A stretch of DNA of 32,000 nt from a bacterium (GTDB lineage: Bacteria; UBP7; UBA6624; JBBIMK01). A program made the translations under genes and the position numbers. Below are positions 9,298-18,454 of the stretch, piece by piece. The DNA lies in NCBI GenBank assembly GCA_037444445.1, contig JBBIMK010000005.1, positions 1 through 32,000 of the forward strand, written 5' to 3'. The notes beneath the pieces are model-generated. The model made no database searches, had not been told where the DNA came from, and saw only the letters and a list, made by a program, of their open reading frames with translations. Every line of letters begins with the position of its first letter. Within the stretch, counting starts at the first letter, position 1.

Positions 9298-10844
9298 TCC
9301 CGTGAAATCTTGGATTGAAGAAAGATTTTCCACACTTCTTCCATCCGCTCTTCCGGTATTTCAGAGGTCAACCGCGCCACGAACTGCCCTGGCAGGTCAA
9401 AGGCAAGGCTGGGTCGGTCAAAGCGTCCCTTCACTCTCAACCACAGAATCAGGTACACCTTCTGTTTCAGGATATAGTCGGGTATCAGGCGAAGAATTTC
9501 TTCTTCACCCCCCAGGAGTCGTGCTGCATCTTCCGTGGGCAGAGCGAGGATTCCTCGCCCATCCACCTCTTCCGATAGGAAGTTCAAACTGCCCTTTGCC
9601 ACAGAGAGCCACCGACCTCCCACGATGGACAGTTGCCCCTTGAGGATTTTCATCACACCTCTTTCCATAGAAAATGCTACACTCGCCTGGTCGTATGCCA
9701 TCCTGCCCTTTCCATCTGGTGAAGGAAAATCTCCATCAGCGAAAGTAATCTTTCCCTCGCCCTGGCTTCTTAGCAGGTCTCCGAGGGCGCCGCTGAAGGA
9801 AATTTCACCCGCTACTTCGCCCGACACATCCAGTTTCTCGCCAAAATTCACCGACTTCAAAAAATCTTTCATAGAAAGAGAATCAAAGGAAAGATTCAAG
9901 TCATAATTGGGGGTATCTGAGGGATTCCCGGGGTTCAGGAGGCTACGGAAATCCAGCCCGCCCTCCTTCAATTGAAGTTGGCCACCAAAAACCCTCGCGG
10001 ATACATCCACAAAACTCAATTTCCCGAGAGCATAAGAGAATTTCCCCTGAAGGGATTCAACCATCCAGCCCTGGATGTAGGCTTTCGGAGTTTTAAAGGT
10101 GCCTGAAAGGTGGACAACACCCGAGCGGCGTTCCGCCGTCAATCGCCCATCTACATTGGCACCTATGCCCGGGTCCTTCATTTTCCCCAGGGACGCCTTC
10201 AACAGGTTTACCGCATCATCTATGGAGAAACTTTGAACCTCAATCTGATACCGATAATCATCCGAGTTCCGATAATACACCCCATCCACGGTGAAGGTAG
10301 TGCCGAGTGTAAGGAAAGATAATTTAGAAAATTGCACCTGCCTGCCAGCAAATTTTATTTGCCCGTTCACCATTCCGGTAAGAGGGAACTTTACAGCAAA
10401 AGTCTCATCCTCGTAAGAAAAGGAAGTCTGCTGAAATTTCAGGGTAAATTCGGGGGTTTCGGTGGGAGGAAGATTCCACGACATTTTTCCTTCCTTCGTT
10501 TTTTGAAACGACAGCGTTCCACCAATAATTGTTACTGTTTTCACCCTCACCGGGCGGAAGATGAGGCTTTCAGGAAGCAGGGAAACTTTCAGTGTGGCTG
10601 AAGATAATGAAAGCCCCGAGGAGGTTTTGAGATGCACATCCTGAACAAGAAAGCCCCGGAAAGGGTTGCCGGAGAGGGAGGCATAAGTGACTGTCGCCTG
10701 GAAATTCTTCTGGATGACTTCTGCAAGCCTGGAGCCGGCCATTTTCCCCCAGGGTCCGATAATCAAATAGAGACCCCCCGCTGCCGCCAGCAAAAAGAGA
10801 AACCACAGAATGCGGCTCAACCACCCTCGCATACCACCTAACAT
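9294..10844 (-). CDS. AsmA-family / TamB-like envelope assembly protein (N-terminal anchor plus beta-rich body)
   Basis: 516 aa. It has a single N-terminal TM segment (ILWFLFLLAAAGGLYLII) followed by a long beta-strand-rich, Gly/Ser/Lys-rich region, as in AsmA-like proteins. The assignment rests on overall pattern only. Confidence 0.45.
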   Translation of the reverse strand: MLGGMRGWLSRILWFLFLLAAAGGLYLIIGPWGKMAGSRLAEVIQKNFQATVTYASLSGNPFRGFLVQDVHLKTSSGLSLSSATLKVSLLPESLIFRPVRVKTVTIIGGTLSFQKTKEGKMSWNLPPTETPEFTLKFQQTSFSYEDETFAVKFPLTGMVNGQIKFAGRQVQFSKLSFLTLGTTFTVDGVYYRNSDDYRYQIEVQSFSIDDAVNLLKASLGKMKDPGIGANVDGRLTAERRSGVVHLSGTFKTPKAYIQGWMVESLQGKFSYALGKLSFVDVSARVFGGQLQLKEGGLDFRSLLNPGNPSDTPNYDLNLSFDSLSMKDFLKSVNFGEKLDVSGEVAGEISFSGALGDLLRSQGEGKITFADGDFPSPDGKGRMAYDQASVAFSMERGVMKILKGQLSIVGGRWLSVAKGSLNFLSEEVDGRGILALPTEDAARLLGGEEEILRLIPDYILKQKVYLILWLRVKGRFDRPSLAFDLPGQFVARLTSEIPEERMEEVWKIFLQSKISRE

Positions 10845-10979
10845 TGTATCGCATCTTTCTCCTTACCAGACACCCGTTGTCACCCGGTAGCGTCGGAGCC
10901 CTTTCTCATCCATTGAAGCCATAGTAACCTCGCTTTTCGCTTCTCCCTCCCTCCTATCTCAAATAGGTATAAGATAAAG

Positions 10980-11225
10980 ATGAGGATGAAAGACAAGGTG
11001 GATGCGGTGTTACATACGGAGGGGTTACGATGCCCTCTACCCATCATTAAAACCGCAGAAAAGGTGAAGGAGATGAAACCCGGGCAGGTTCTAAAAGTCA
11101 TCTCCGATGACCCGGTGATACAGATTGATATGCCCGCCTGGTGCCTCTCCACCAGCCATGAGTTCTTGAAAGTGGAAGAGAAAGACGGAGTATTTTCCGT
11201 GTTCGTGAGAGTGAAAAAGGGATAG
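10980..11225 (+). CDS. TusA/SirA-family sulfurtransferase-like protein
   Basis: 81 aa. It has the conserved GLRCPLPIIKTAEKVKEM (CPxP active-site motif) and the two-layer alpha/beta length typical of TusA. Confidence 0.85.
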   Translation: MRMKDKVDAVLHTEGLRCPLPIIKTAEKVKEMKPGQVLKVISDDPVIQIDMPAWCLSTSHEFLKVEEKDGVFSVFVRVKKG

Positions 11226-11426
11226 CCCGCAAGATTTGACTCCCCCTGGTATTTTCTTCATCCCCCTTGCGTTTTATCAGGGTAAACCTTTACCCCGAAC
11301 AGGAAAACAAGGAATCAGGAGTGGGTGGTCATTCTTCACGGGAAGAGCGGGGAGATGTCATTTCTAACTCCAGAAACGGCAGAAAGTTGCGGGGAAGGAA
11401 GGAGGCAGGCGGATTCCCGCCCGATT

Positions 11427-13919
11427 TTACTCCGGGGCGAATATCTTCAAGAACACATCCACCAGTTCGGGGTCAAAGTGAGTGCCGGATTGTTCCCGGA
11501 TGTAGTCCCGTGCTTGCTCTCTGGACCAGGCTTTCCGATATGGTCGGTCGGAGAGAAGGGCATCCCAAACATCCACCAGGGCGAACATCCGTGCAGGCAG
11601 AGGAATCGTTTCCCGTTTCAACCCCCCTGGATAACCGCTTCCATCCCATTTCTCATGGTGGCGATAGGGGATGTCAATGGCGAGGTGGAGAAAGGGAATA
11701 GGTCGGAGAAACTCATACGCATAAACGGGGTGCTTCCGCATAATTACCCACTCTTCATCCGTGAGTTTTCCTGGCTTGAGCAGGATAGTGTCTGGAATGG
11801 CGATTTTTCCGATGTCGTGAAGCAACGCCCCCCGGCGGATGTGGGGCATTTGTTCCTTCGGAATGTCCAGATGCTGAGCGAAGCGAACCGTCATCTCACA
11901 CACCCTTTGCGTGTGCCCCTCCGTCTCCTGGTCCCTCAAGTCCAGCGCCCGAACCCATCCCTCCAGCGTATAGTCGTAGGAAAGCAGAAGTTCTGCATAG
12001 GCTCTTTTCTTCTCCTCTATCCCCCTCAAATTTTCAATCGCTATGGCAAGTTGATGGGAAAGGGTCTCCAGGAAATCCAGAAATCCGGCTTCTGCCCTGT
12101 GATACTTGCGGCTGAAAATTTCCAGAACGCCCAGCAATTCCCCTCTGGCAATGAGAGGCAGGGCGAAGTAAGTGACAAATCCTTCCCCCAGGAAATGGGG
12201 AGAAAGGCGAAATTCTCCAGGCTCTTCCCGAAGGTCAGGAATGTGGATGATTTTACGCTCCAGAGCGGATTTTCCAGCAAATCCCTCCCCTATCCTCAGC
12301 ATACTGAACTCTAATGCTGGAGAGTAGAATCCCCTCCTCGCTGTGCATTCCAGCCTGTTCAGCAGAGGATGAAAAAGGAGTATATCCGCTGCATCCACAC
12401 CCAGATTGCTCAAAATCTGCTCCAGAATCACCTCAAAGACCAGTTTAGAATCCAGACTCCCCGCGATTGCCAGGTCGATGTTCCTTAAGGTAGAGACCCG
12501 TTGCAGTTGTGTCTGGAGCGCCTTTTCTGCCTGCTTCAACTCCGTGATGTCCTTCAGGGTTGACACAAATCCGATAGTAGCCCCTTTTTGGTCCCGGAGG
12601 GGGGTGATGGTCTCATCCACACAGAAGAAAGTTCCATCCTTCCTCCGGTTTATGACTTCCCATGCCCGGAAAACATTTCCCGCCAGAATCGTGTTCCACA
12701 GGTTCTGATAATACTCCGGTGGCATTTTGGCGGATTTCAGAATTCTCGGCGTCTGTCCAGACACCTCCTCTGCCTTATAGCCCGTCAACTCTTCAAAAGC
12801 CGGATTGACATACTGAAAGACCCCCTGCGGGTCTGTGACGAACACGGCATCCGCAGTCTGTGCCACAGCGGTGGACAGCATTCTGATTTTTTCTTCCGAT
12901 GCTATCCGATGGGTAATATCCAGACAAACGCCGTGAATAATCCGTGGAATTCCTTGCTCATCTTCCTCCAGGTAAGAACTCTCCAGAAGATGGACCGGCT
13001 GTCCATCCTTCCGCTTTCCCACAATCTCCACATCCTTCAACTGCTTCTCTTCGTGGAGTTTCATCAGATATTCCCTGCGAAAGGAGGGGTTGAAGTAGAG
13101 GTCTTCAGCCTTCATCTTGCGGATTTCATCTATGGAATAGCCGAAAATCAGTGCAAAGGCCTGGTTACAGTCTATGAATTCTCCTGCAATGGTGGAGTGG
13201 AATACCCCGGCAGGATTTTTTTCAAAGAGGCTTCTGTAGCGTTGCTCGGAAACCTGCAGGTCCAGGAATGAGCGTTGAAGGCTTCCCAGCAGGCTGTTGA
13301 AGGAATCGGTCAGGAGGGAGATTTCTGCGATTTGCGGGGCTGGAGCCCGCCGATTCCAATCCCCTCCTGCAATTTCCCGCATAATTCCTGAAATGGAGCG
13401 AATGGGTTCTACAATCCACCGGTGGAGGACAAAGGTATAAAACAGGGAAGCACTAAAAGATAAAAGGAGAAGCACGAGTGCCAGAATATTGAGCCTTTGC
13501 AGAGGGCGGAAAACCACCCGCTCTGGCAGGGAAACCAGCAAAAGTCCCTTAGGTTCCGGGATAGCGAAGATTTCCCCCACCCACCTTTTCCCTTCCCTGT
13601 CGGAAAAGAATATTCGCTGAGCCTGCTCTGCGGATAGGTTTCGGGGGAGGGTAAGCGGAATATATGCCCTTCTTCCCAGCAGGGCGGGTGGTCCAGAAAC
13701 GATTACCCCTGAACCATCCTCTTGAAGGACCACGGCGTTAAGGTTGTCCAACCATTCTGCTTCCATCCCCAGCGCGGAAGGAAAGCGAAGCAAATTAACT
13801 TTCGGTAAGAAAAACCGGACGGTAATAACGCCGATAAATTCTTGGGTTTTTACATCTGTCAGGGGGGCGGAAACACCGAAATGCCCTTCCTCCCCAGCAG
13901 GGAGGTGCATCGGAGCCAC
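11427..13919 (-). CDS. signal-transduction protein: distal part of a periplasmic Cache-like sensor, TM, HAMP, 2x PAS, GAF, HD-GYP phosphodiesterase. It is the downstream part of a frame-split gene.
   Basis: 830 aa. The TM segment is LNILALVLLLLSFSASLFYTFVL. The HAMP region is EPIRSISGIMREIAGGDWNRR...SFNSLLGSL. The two PAS domains begin at RYRSLFEKNPAGVF and STAVAQTADAVFVTDPQG...NPAFEELTGY. A GAF region follows. The HD-GYP motifs are GHTQRV, LLHDIGKIAIPD and HHEKWDGSGYPGGL. The annotated start is a GTG only 8 nt after the stop of the upstream ORF, and this frame stays open through the G9 tract. Confidence 0.85.
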   Translation of the reverse strand: MAPMHLPAGEEGHFGVSAPLTDVKTQEFIGVITVRFFLPKVNLLRFPSALGMEAEWLDNLNAVVLQEDGSGVIVSGPPALLGRRAYIPLTLPRNLSAEQAQRIFFSDREGKRWVGEIFAIPEPKGLLLVSLPERVVFRPLQRLNILALVLLLLSFSASLFYTFVLHRWIVEPIRSISGIMREIAGGDWNRRAPAPQIAEISLLTDSFNSLLGSLQRSFLDLQVSEQRYRSLFEKNPAGVFHSTIAGEFIDCNQAFALIFGYSIDEIRKMKAEDLYFNPSFRREYLMKLHEEKQLKDVEIVGKRKDGQPVHLLESSYLEEDEQGIPRIIHGVCLDITHRIASEEKIRMLSTAVAQTADAVFVTDPQGVFQYVNPAFEELTGYKAEEVSGQTPRILKSAKMPPEYYQNLWNTILAGNVFRAWEVINRRKDGTFFCVDETITPLRDQKGATIGFVSTLKDITELKQAEKALQTQLQRVSTLRNIDLAIAGSLDSKLVFEVILEQILSNLGVDAADILLFHPLLNRLECTARRGFYSPALEFSMLRIGEGFAGKSALERKIIHIPDLREEPGEFRLSPHFLGEGFVTYFALPLIARGELLGVLEIFSRKYHRAEAGFLDFLETLSHQLAIAIENLRGIEEKKRAYAELLLSYDYTLEGWVRALDLRDQETEGHTQRVCEMTVRFAQHLDIPKEQMPHIRRGALLHDIGKIAIPDTILLKPGKLTDEEWVIMRKHPVYAYEFLRPIPFLHLAIDIPYRHHEKWDGSGYPGGLKRETIPLPARMFALVDVWDALLSDRPYRKAWSREQARDYIREQSGTHFDPELVDVFLKIFAPE

Positions 13920-13926
13920 CCGGAGT

Positions 13927-14412
13927 TCATTTGCCCCCCCCCGAAAAATACTCCTTTTCCAGTTCCTGTGGGGATTTCACCATTTCTATGTTCGTTCCCG
14001 CCACGAGTTTTCCCGCTCTGCTGAAAATCAGAATGTCCAGTATGTCCGGGTCCAGCGGTGCTTTGTTCCGCTTCAGATGCTGATTCAGTTCCATCCTCAC
14101 TGTCTGATTCGCGGGTTGTTCATTCAGCCTCCGGACGCTTTCCCGAATGAGCCCGTCACTGGAGAAGTGCGAAGTCAGTTCTTTTTTTGCCTGAACATAA
14201 TGTTCGTATTCCAGGCGGATGTGACTGGATAGAATGGGGGAATACCGGCGAGCGTCTTCCAGTAAGTGATTTCGGAGCAGGAAGTATGAGATGAGGAACA
14301 GGAGGGAGATAAGGAATACGAGCAGGATATTTCCGAGAAAAATCCGGTTTCGGAGAGAGGCTTTCCCGCGGATGTTCCCTCGTTCCACCTCTTTTTGCAC
14401 CTTCCCACTCAT
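13927..14412 (-). CDS. N-terminal part of the same sensor: cytoplasmic tail, TM1 and the proximal half of the Cache-like domain
   Basis: The track ORF is 13927..14451. I prefer the internal ATG at 14412 (MSGKVQKEVERG...) because a tandem TATAATTATAAT lies inside the longer ORF, 21 nt upstream of that ATG. The TM segment is ILLVFLISLLFLISYFLL. The ORF ends ...EKEYFSGGGK* immediately after the G9 run. Confidence 0.6.
   Translation of the reverse strand: MSGKVQKEVERGNIRGKASLRNRIFLGNILLVFLISLLFLISYFLLRNHLLEDARRYSPILSSHIRLEYEHYVQAKKELTSHFSSDGLIRESVRRLNEQPANQTVRMELNQHLKRNKAPLDPDILDILIFSRAGKLVAGTNIEMVKSPQELEKEYFSGGGK
13934..13942. repeat. C9/G9 homopolymer at the frame break of the sensor gene
   Basis: The plus strand reads ttg-ccccccccc-gaaaaa, which is the longest homopolymer I saw in the window. 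Removing one G joins the two ORFs in frame (...EKEYFSGGANELRVAPMHLPAGEEG...). Confidence 0.9.
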
Positions 14413-14433
14413 TGGCTCTTTTTCCCTTGACTT

Positions 14434-14445
14434 ATTATAATTATA
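14434..14445 (-). promoter_or_regulatory. candidate -10 elements (tandem TATAAT TATAAT) for the sensor gene
   Basis: The reverse complement of attataattata is tataattataat. The proximal hexamer is 21 nt upstream of the ATG at 14412, with agggaaaaagag in between. Confidence 0.3.
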
Positions 14446-14733
14446 CCACATATATTCCGGAAGTTTTCCCGGCGGGACAAGGGGTTATTCGGAGCGGAGG
14501 GCAACGATGGAGTCCAGATTGGATGCTCAATAGGCGGGTAGGAAGCAAAAAATCAGCCCAACAGGCCGCCGTTGGAAAACCGATGAATGGCATTTTAGAA
14601 AGGTGAATCGGTTTTGCAAATGGATACAAAAAGAAGGGCGGATTCTGGCAGAGGACCTGCACTTGTTCCCGGTAAAGACTGTATCCCTATCCAGTGATGG
14701 ATTGAAGGATTTCTCACTCCTGCCTGGTAACTT

Positions 14734-14742
14734 TGTTATAAT
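14734..14742 (+). promoter_or_regulatory. candidate extended -10 (TGtTATAAT) directly upstream of dnaE
   Basis: tgttataat lies at 14734-14742, and only 9 nt (ggaatcggt) separate it from the dnaE ATG at 14752. No SD is present and no good -35 is seen. Confidence 0.3.
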
Positions 14743-14751
14743 GGAATCGGT

Positions 14752-17700
14752 ATGAGTTTTGTGCATCTGCATCTGCATACAGAATACAGTTTGCTGGACG
14801 GGATTACGAGGATACCCACGCTGATGCGGAAGGCGAGGATATTGAAGATGCCAGCGGTGGCGCTGACGGACCACGGGGTTCTTCATGCGGGCATAGAGTT
14901 TTATCAGGAAGCCCAGAGTTATGGGATAAAGCCCATCCTTGGTTGTGAGGTCTATTTCACTGAAACGCCCCTTTCGGAGAGGAACCCGGATGCTCCCATT
15001 ACGCATTTTACCCTTTTAGCGAAGGATGAAACAGGCTACCTGAATCTGGTGAAACTTCTCTCAATAAGCCATCTGGAGGGGTTTTATAAAAAGCCACGCC
15101 TGAACTGGGAGGTGCTGGCAGAGCATCACAAGGGGATAATACTTCTCACGGGATGCGAGCAGAGTTTGTTTTCCCGGTGGATTCAGGCAGGGGATGAGCC
15201 GAAGGCGAAGAATGTGCTGGCGAAGTTGTATGAAATCTTCGGCGAGGATTTATATGTGGAGATTCAGTATCATCGGCGGGAAATTGAGGAGAAGATGAAT
15301 GAGGTGAAGATTCGGCTGGCGCGCCAGTTTGGTCTGCCTGTTGTAGCCACTAACGATGTGCATTATCTGAATAAAAGTGATGCCTTCATTCAGGATGTGG
15401 TGCTGTGTATTCAAACGAAGAAGGTGCTTACCGATACGGACCGGATGAAGATGGAGCCGGCGGAGTATTATTTCAAGACTCCACAAGAAATGCAGGAACT
15501 ATTTTCGGAGGTTCCGGAGGCAATAAAGAACACTCTGGCGGTGGCGGAGCGGTGCCAGGAGTATTTGAATTTTCGTGAGATGAAGCCAAGATTCCCGGCA
15601 TTCCAGCCTCCACCCGGCTTTTCAAGCCCGGAGGCATATTTTGAACATCTATGTCGGGAAGGCTTTCAAGCCCGTTATCCCGAGCAGACGAAAGAAGCCC
15701 TGAAACGCCTGGAGCACGAAATGAGAGTCATTGAGGATAAAGGATTCACCACCTACTTTTTAGTGGTGCAGGACTTTATCCGGTTTGCGAAGGAGCAGGA
15801 CATCCCCGTGGGTCCTGGGCGTGGAAGTGCCACCGGCTCCCTGGTAGCGTATTGCCTCGGTATCACCGATGTGGACCCGCTGAAGTACAATCTGCTATTT
15901 GAGCGGTTCTTGAACCCGGAGCGGAAGAGCCTGCCGGATATAGATATAGATTTCTGTGCCAGGCGAAGGGATGAAGTCATCGGCTATGTTCGGAAGAGAT
16001 ATGGGGAGGAGCACACGGCGCAGATAGTGACTTTTGGGCGGATGATGTCCCGGGCTGCGGTGCGTGATGTAGGGCGGGTGATGGGTCTGGACCTGCCCCT
16101 GGTGGATTCAGTGGCTCGGATGATACCCTTCGGCGCCCGGCTCCCGCAGGTGCTGAAAAGTCCGGAGGTTCGCGCCCTCTTCAAAAAAAGCCCGGAGGTG
16201 CGTGCTCTTCTCACCACAGCGGTCCGTGTGGAAGGGCTGGTTCGGAACACCTCCGTCCATGCGGGTGGTATCGTCGTTGGCGATGTCCCTCTTTCTTCTA
16301 TCGTGCCATTAAAATTCGCCAAAGAGGGGGAAATCATCACCCAGTATCCTATGGAAGCCTTAGAAGAGGTGGGGCTGGTGAAAATGGATTTTCTCGGCCT
16401 TCGCAACCTCACCCTTATCCAGAAATGCCTGCAACTTCTGAAAGAGACCCGAAACATCACTGTGGACCTCAAAAGCATCCCATTAAATAATGCGAAAACT
16501 TACGAATTATTCCAGAATGGAGCCACAGAAGGCATCTTCCAATTTGAAAAGGAAGGAGCCAAACGCCTCTGTCGGGAAGTGAAGCCCAAAACCCTGTTAG
16601 AACTCACTGCCATCAATGCGATGAACCGACCGGGTCCTTTGCAGAGCGGGATGGCCGATACATATATTCGGCGGAAGCAGAAGAAAGAGCCCGTTACCTA
16701 CCTCCACCCGGATTTAGAGCCCATATTGAAAGAAACCTTCGGGGTGATTCTGTATCAGGAGCAGTTATTGCAAATCGCCGAAGCCCTGGCCGGATTCAGC
16801 CCTGGGGAAGCGGATGACCTGCGAAAAGCGGTGGGGAAGAAGGACCCGGAACTGATGGAGAGAACGCTGAAGAAGTTTTTAGCCGGGTGTGAGAAGCGGA
16901 GCATACCGCCGCCCATAGCGAAGAAGATTCTGGATACTATGGCGGAGTTTGCCCAGTATGGGTTTAATAAAAGTCACAGCGCCGCTTATGCCCTCGTGGC
17001 GTATCAGACTGCCTACCTGAAAGCCCACTATCCGGTGGAGTTTATGACCGCCCTGCTTTCCAGTGTCATAGGCAATCTGGAAAAGACGGCGGAATATATT
17101 GCGGAAGCCCGTCGGCTTGGCATCCCGGTGTATCCCCCGGACATCAACAAGAGTGAGGCTTTTTATAAAGTGGAGGGGCACGGGATACGCACCGGCTTAT
17201 GCACCATTAAGGGCGTAGGCGAGTCAGCGGTAGAAAATCTGGTGAAGCAGCGAACGGAGGGCGGAGATTTTATTCACCTGCTGGATTTCTGCCAGCGTGT
17301 GGACACCCGGCTGATAAATAAGGGCGTGATAGAAAGCCTGATTAAAGCGGGTAGTTTTGACCGATTGCACGCCCAGAGGCCCTGGCTTCTGGACCAGTTA
17401 TCCGACATCCTGACAGAGGCACAGGTTCGGCGAGAGCGAGCCGCCTCTGGCATGCAGAGCCTCTTTACCGATGCCAGCGTCCAGGAGCCCGAGCCCGGCC
17501 TCCTTTTCCCCTCTAACCTCCTGGAACGATTTGACCCTTCCATCCAGTGGATGATGGAGCGGGAGGTGCTGGGCTTCTTTTTGAGTGGCCACCCATTGGA
17601 AGCCTTTCGCGGGGTGGTTCATCCCCACCCGGTGATGGAAATTGCCCGTCTCAAACAGAGCAATGAAGAGAGGAGTTGCCGAATTTTCGGGTTTATTTCC

Positions 17701-18282
17701 GATTTTTCTGTAAAAATCAGCAGGCGGGGCAACCGATATGCGAAGGGGGTGCTGGAAGATTTGACGGGGCGTGTGGATTTCCAGGTCTTCTCCCGGGTGC
17801 TGGAATCCGCACCGCCGGACTTCCGCATCAGCGGCATGGTTTATATGGAGGGACGCCTTCAGCGGGAAGAAGCAGAGGAAGGGATGGAAATGAGTGAGGA
17901 GGAAGAGACCCTCCGAACCCTCTTCTTAGTGGAAAGAATCCTTCCTCCTCCAGCGATTCCGTCCGCCGGCCTCACCCCGGAATCTCCACTCTCTACTTTG
18001 CCGTCGTTCTCCCTTCCAGTCACTCCCCTGGTGATTACCCTGAAGGCGAAGGAAGTCACCGAGGAGTCTTTACAAAAACTTCGCACTCTGTTAAAAAAAT
18101 ACCCGGGCGAGCATCCGGTTCGTCTGGAGATTCAGGAAGTGCCCGGTGAATCCTCGCCCATTTCCATCATTCTGGCGAAGGAATTTTCCGTTCTTCTGAC
18201 ACCCACATTGTATATGGACTTACAATCAGCGGGGTTTCGTGAAGTCTACCGGGCTCCTTACACTGGCTCCTCACCCAACTGA
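14752..18282 (+). CDS. dnaE: DNA polymerase III alpha subunit
   Basis: 1176 aa. It has the PHP-domain start MSFVHLHLHTEYSLLDG. Polymerase-core motifs are present: GPGRGSATGSLVAYCLGITDVDP, LPDIDIDF, HAGGIVV, KMDFLGLRNLT and FNKSHSAAYALVAYQTAYLKAHYP. An OB-fold region and C-terminal tail follow. Confidence 0.97.
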   Translation: MSFVHLHLHTEYSLLDGITRIPTLMRKARILKMPAVALTDHGVLHAGIEFYQEAQSYGIKPILGCEVYFTETPLSERNPDAPITHFTLLAKDETGYLNLVKLLSISHLEGFYKKPRLNWEVLAEHHKGIILLTGCEQSLFSRWIQAGDEPKAKNVLAKLYEIFGEDLYVEIQYHRREIEEKMNEVKIRLARQFGLPVVATNDVHYLNKSDAFIQDVVLCIQTKKVLTDTDRMKMEPAEYYFKTPQEMQELFSEVPEAIKNTLAVAERCQEYLNFREMKPRFPAFQPPPGFSSPEAYFEHLCREGFQARYPEQTKEALKRLEHEMRVIEDKGFTTYFLVVQDFIRFAKEQDIPVGPGRGSATGSLVAYCLGITDVDPLKYNLLFERFLNPERKSLPDIDIDFCARRRDEVIGYVRKRYGEEHTAQIVTFGRMMSRAAVRDVGRVMGLDLPLVDSVARMIPFGARLPQVLKSPEVRALFKKSPEVRALLTTAVRVEGLVRNTSVHAGGIVVGDVPLSSIVPLKFAKEGEIITQYPMEALEEVGLVKMDFLGLRNLTLIQKCLQLLKETRNITVDLKSIPLNNAKTYELFQNGATEGIFQFEKEGAKRLCREVKPKTLLELTAINAMNRPGPLQSGMADTYIRRKQKKEPVTYLHPDLEPILKETFGVILYQEQLLQIAEALAGFSPGEADDLRKAVGKKDPELMERTLKKFLAGCEKRSIPPPIAKKILDTMAEFAQYGFNKSHSAAYALVAYQTAYLKAHYPVEFMTALLSSVIGNLEKTAEYIAEARRLGIPVYPPDINKSEAFYKVEGHGIRTGLCTIKGVGESAVENLVKQRTEGGDFIHLLDFCQRVDTRLINKGVIESLIKAGSFDRLHAQRPWLLDQLSDILTEAQVRRERAASGMQSLFTDASVQEPEPGLLFPSNLLERFDPSIQWMMEREVLGFFLSGHPLEAFRGVVHPHPVMEIARLKQSNEERSCRIFGFISDFSVKISRRGNRYAKGVLEDLTGRVDFQVFSRVLESAPPDFRISGMVYMEGRLQREEAEEGMEMSEEEETLRTLFLVERILPPPAIPSAGLTPESPLSTLPSFSLPVTPLVITLKAKEVTEESLQKLRTLLKKYPGEHPVRLEIQEVPGESSPISIILAKEFSVLLTPTLYMDLQSAGFREVYRAPYTGSSPN

Positions 18283-18304
18283 AGGCGGGATCAGGTAGAT
18301 TTCG

Positions 18305-18439
18305 TCATCTACACATAAAGCCCACAAATTCTGACTTTGAGCGTTCTGGTTTTTGGAGACCTTCCCGGACTTTGCCGTTCAGCATTTTTGCGAAATGCTG
18401 GTGAACCTCTTCACGGGTGTATGCCTTTCCTTCACTCAT
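18305..18439 (-). CDS. hypothetical 44-aa protein, third ORF of the nucleotidyltransferase cassette
   Basis: It is below the track's 60-aa cutoff. My translation is MSEGKAYTREEVHQHFAKMLNGKVREGLQKPERSKSEFVGFMCR*. A strong SD (agaGGAGGcttctaat-ATG) precedes it. It starts 15 nt after the stop of the 197-aa ORF. Confidence 0.35.
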   Translation of the reverse strand: MSEGKAYTREEVHQHFAKMLNGKVREGLQKPERSKSEFVGFMCR

Positions 18440-18454
18440 ATTAGAAGCCTCCTC

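Noticed and set aside
8203-9333. The TsaD ORF is longer than usual. It has a 12-aa N-terminal extension and an insertion of about 20 aa (KMTLLPPPLDNPFAPLLYQTRKFT) before the CTDNG motif.
   Set aside because: The N-terminal extension is explained by the better internal ATG at 9297 (ATGA coupling). The insertion lies in a variable surface region and the catalytic motifs are intact, so it is probably lineage-specific variation.
11325-12314. Long 329-aa plus-strand ORF, together with 12588..13271 (227 aa), antisense to the HD-GYP sensor gene.
   Set aside because: The minus-strand frame carries unambiguous HAMP/PAS/GAF/HD-GYP motifs. The antisense ORFs are Arg/Pro/Ser/Gly-rich with no motifs, which makes them typical shadow ORFs.
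16156-16212. Tandem 30-nt quasi-repeat inside dnaE that encodes KSPEVRALFK / KSPEVRALLT.
   Set aside because: The two copies differ at several mostly synonymous positions, so this is not a recent duplication or an assembly artefact. As I remember it, DnaE proteins generally have a quasi-repeated '..PEL+.L...PEV+.L' segment just before the HAGG motif. It is therefore ordinary protein sequence.
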